Source: Macrostomum lignano
Taxonomy: Eukaryota
NCBI GenBank assembly: GCA_002269645.1
Contig: NIVC01002148.1
Span: forward strand, 48,676 to 80,310
Direction: 5' to 3'
Length of the DNA stretch: 31,635 nucleotides
The translations under genes were made by a program, and so were the position numbers. Of this stretch, positions 31,486 to 31,635 are shown piece by piece. Numbering within the stretch: position 1 is the first letter of the stretch; the number at the start of each line of letters is the position of its first letter. Below the pieces are notes generated by a model. That model was given only the letters and a program-made list of their open reading frames with translations, had not been told where the DNA came from and did not search any database.

Positions 31486-31635
31486 CTGTTTTTGAAAGGA
31501 CAAATATTTTCGGTCGGGCAACTACTAATAGTAATAGTAAAATAGCTAAAAAAGTAAAACCCCAGACTCAAGAGTCAATATTAGACTCCGTTTTCATTTT
31601 TTTGCGGCTGCGCAAATAGCGTTGCGACACAGGTA

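Overview
Eukaryotic (animal, probably invertebrate) genomic DNA with spliceosomal introns and many transposon remnants; the species cannot be determined from the sequence. The core is a tandemly duplicated multi-exon gene on the + strand. The right copy (about 20.6-26.3 kb) has a ~2.9 kb exon encoding an IFIT-like TPR region (ECHSKW and KGW motifs) followed by a HEPN-like region (SRKALD, YYPF, NSDKH). This exon can splice in phase 0 to exons encoding ZC3H7/RoXaN-like Cys4+CCCH zinc-finger modules. This copy has three apparent frameshifts, an internal deletion and a nonsense codon. The left copy (about 4.45-9.83 kb) shows only the 3' half, with two open zinc-finger exons and a polyQ terminal exon. 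Its upstream intron holds a degenerate Ty3/Gypsy element and two copies of a hairpin-ended, Helentron-like non-autonomous element. The rest of the window holds a decayed non-LTR RT, two stacked (TTG)n-tailed LINE fragments, a tRNA-derived CORE-like SINE, minisatellites and a possible BEN-domain remnant between TGTGCCA-rich arrays. All family assignments come from reading motifs by eye; no searches were run.
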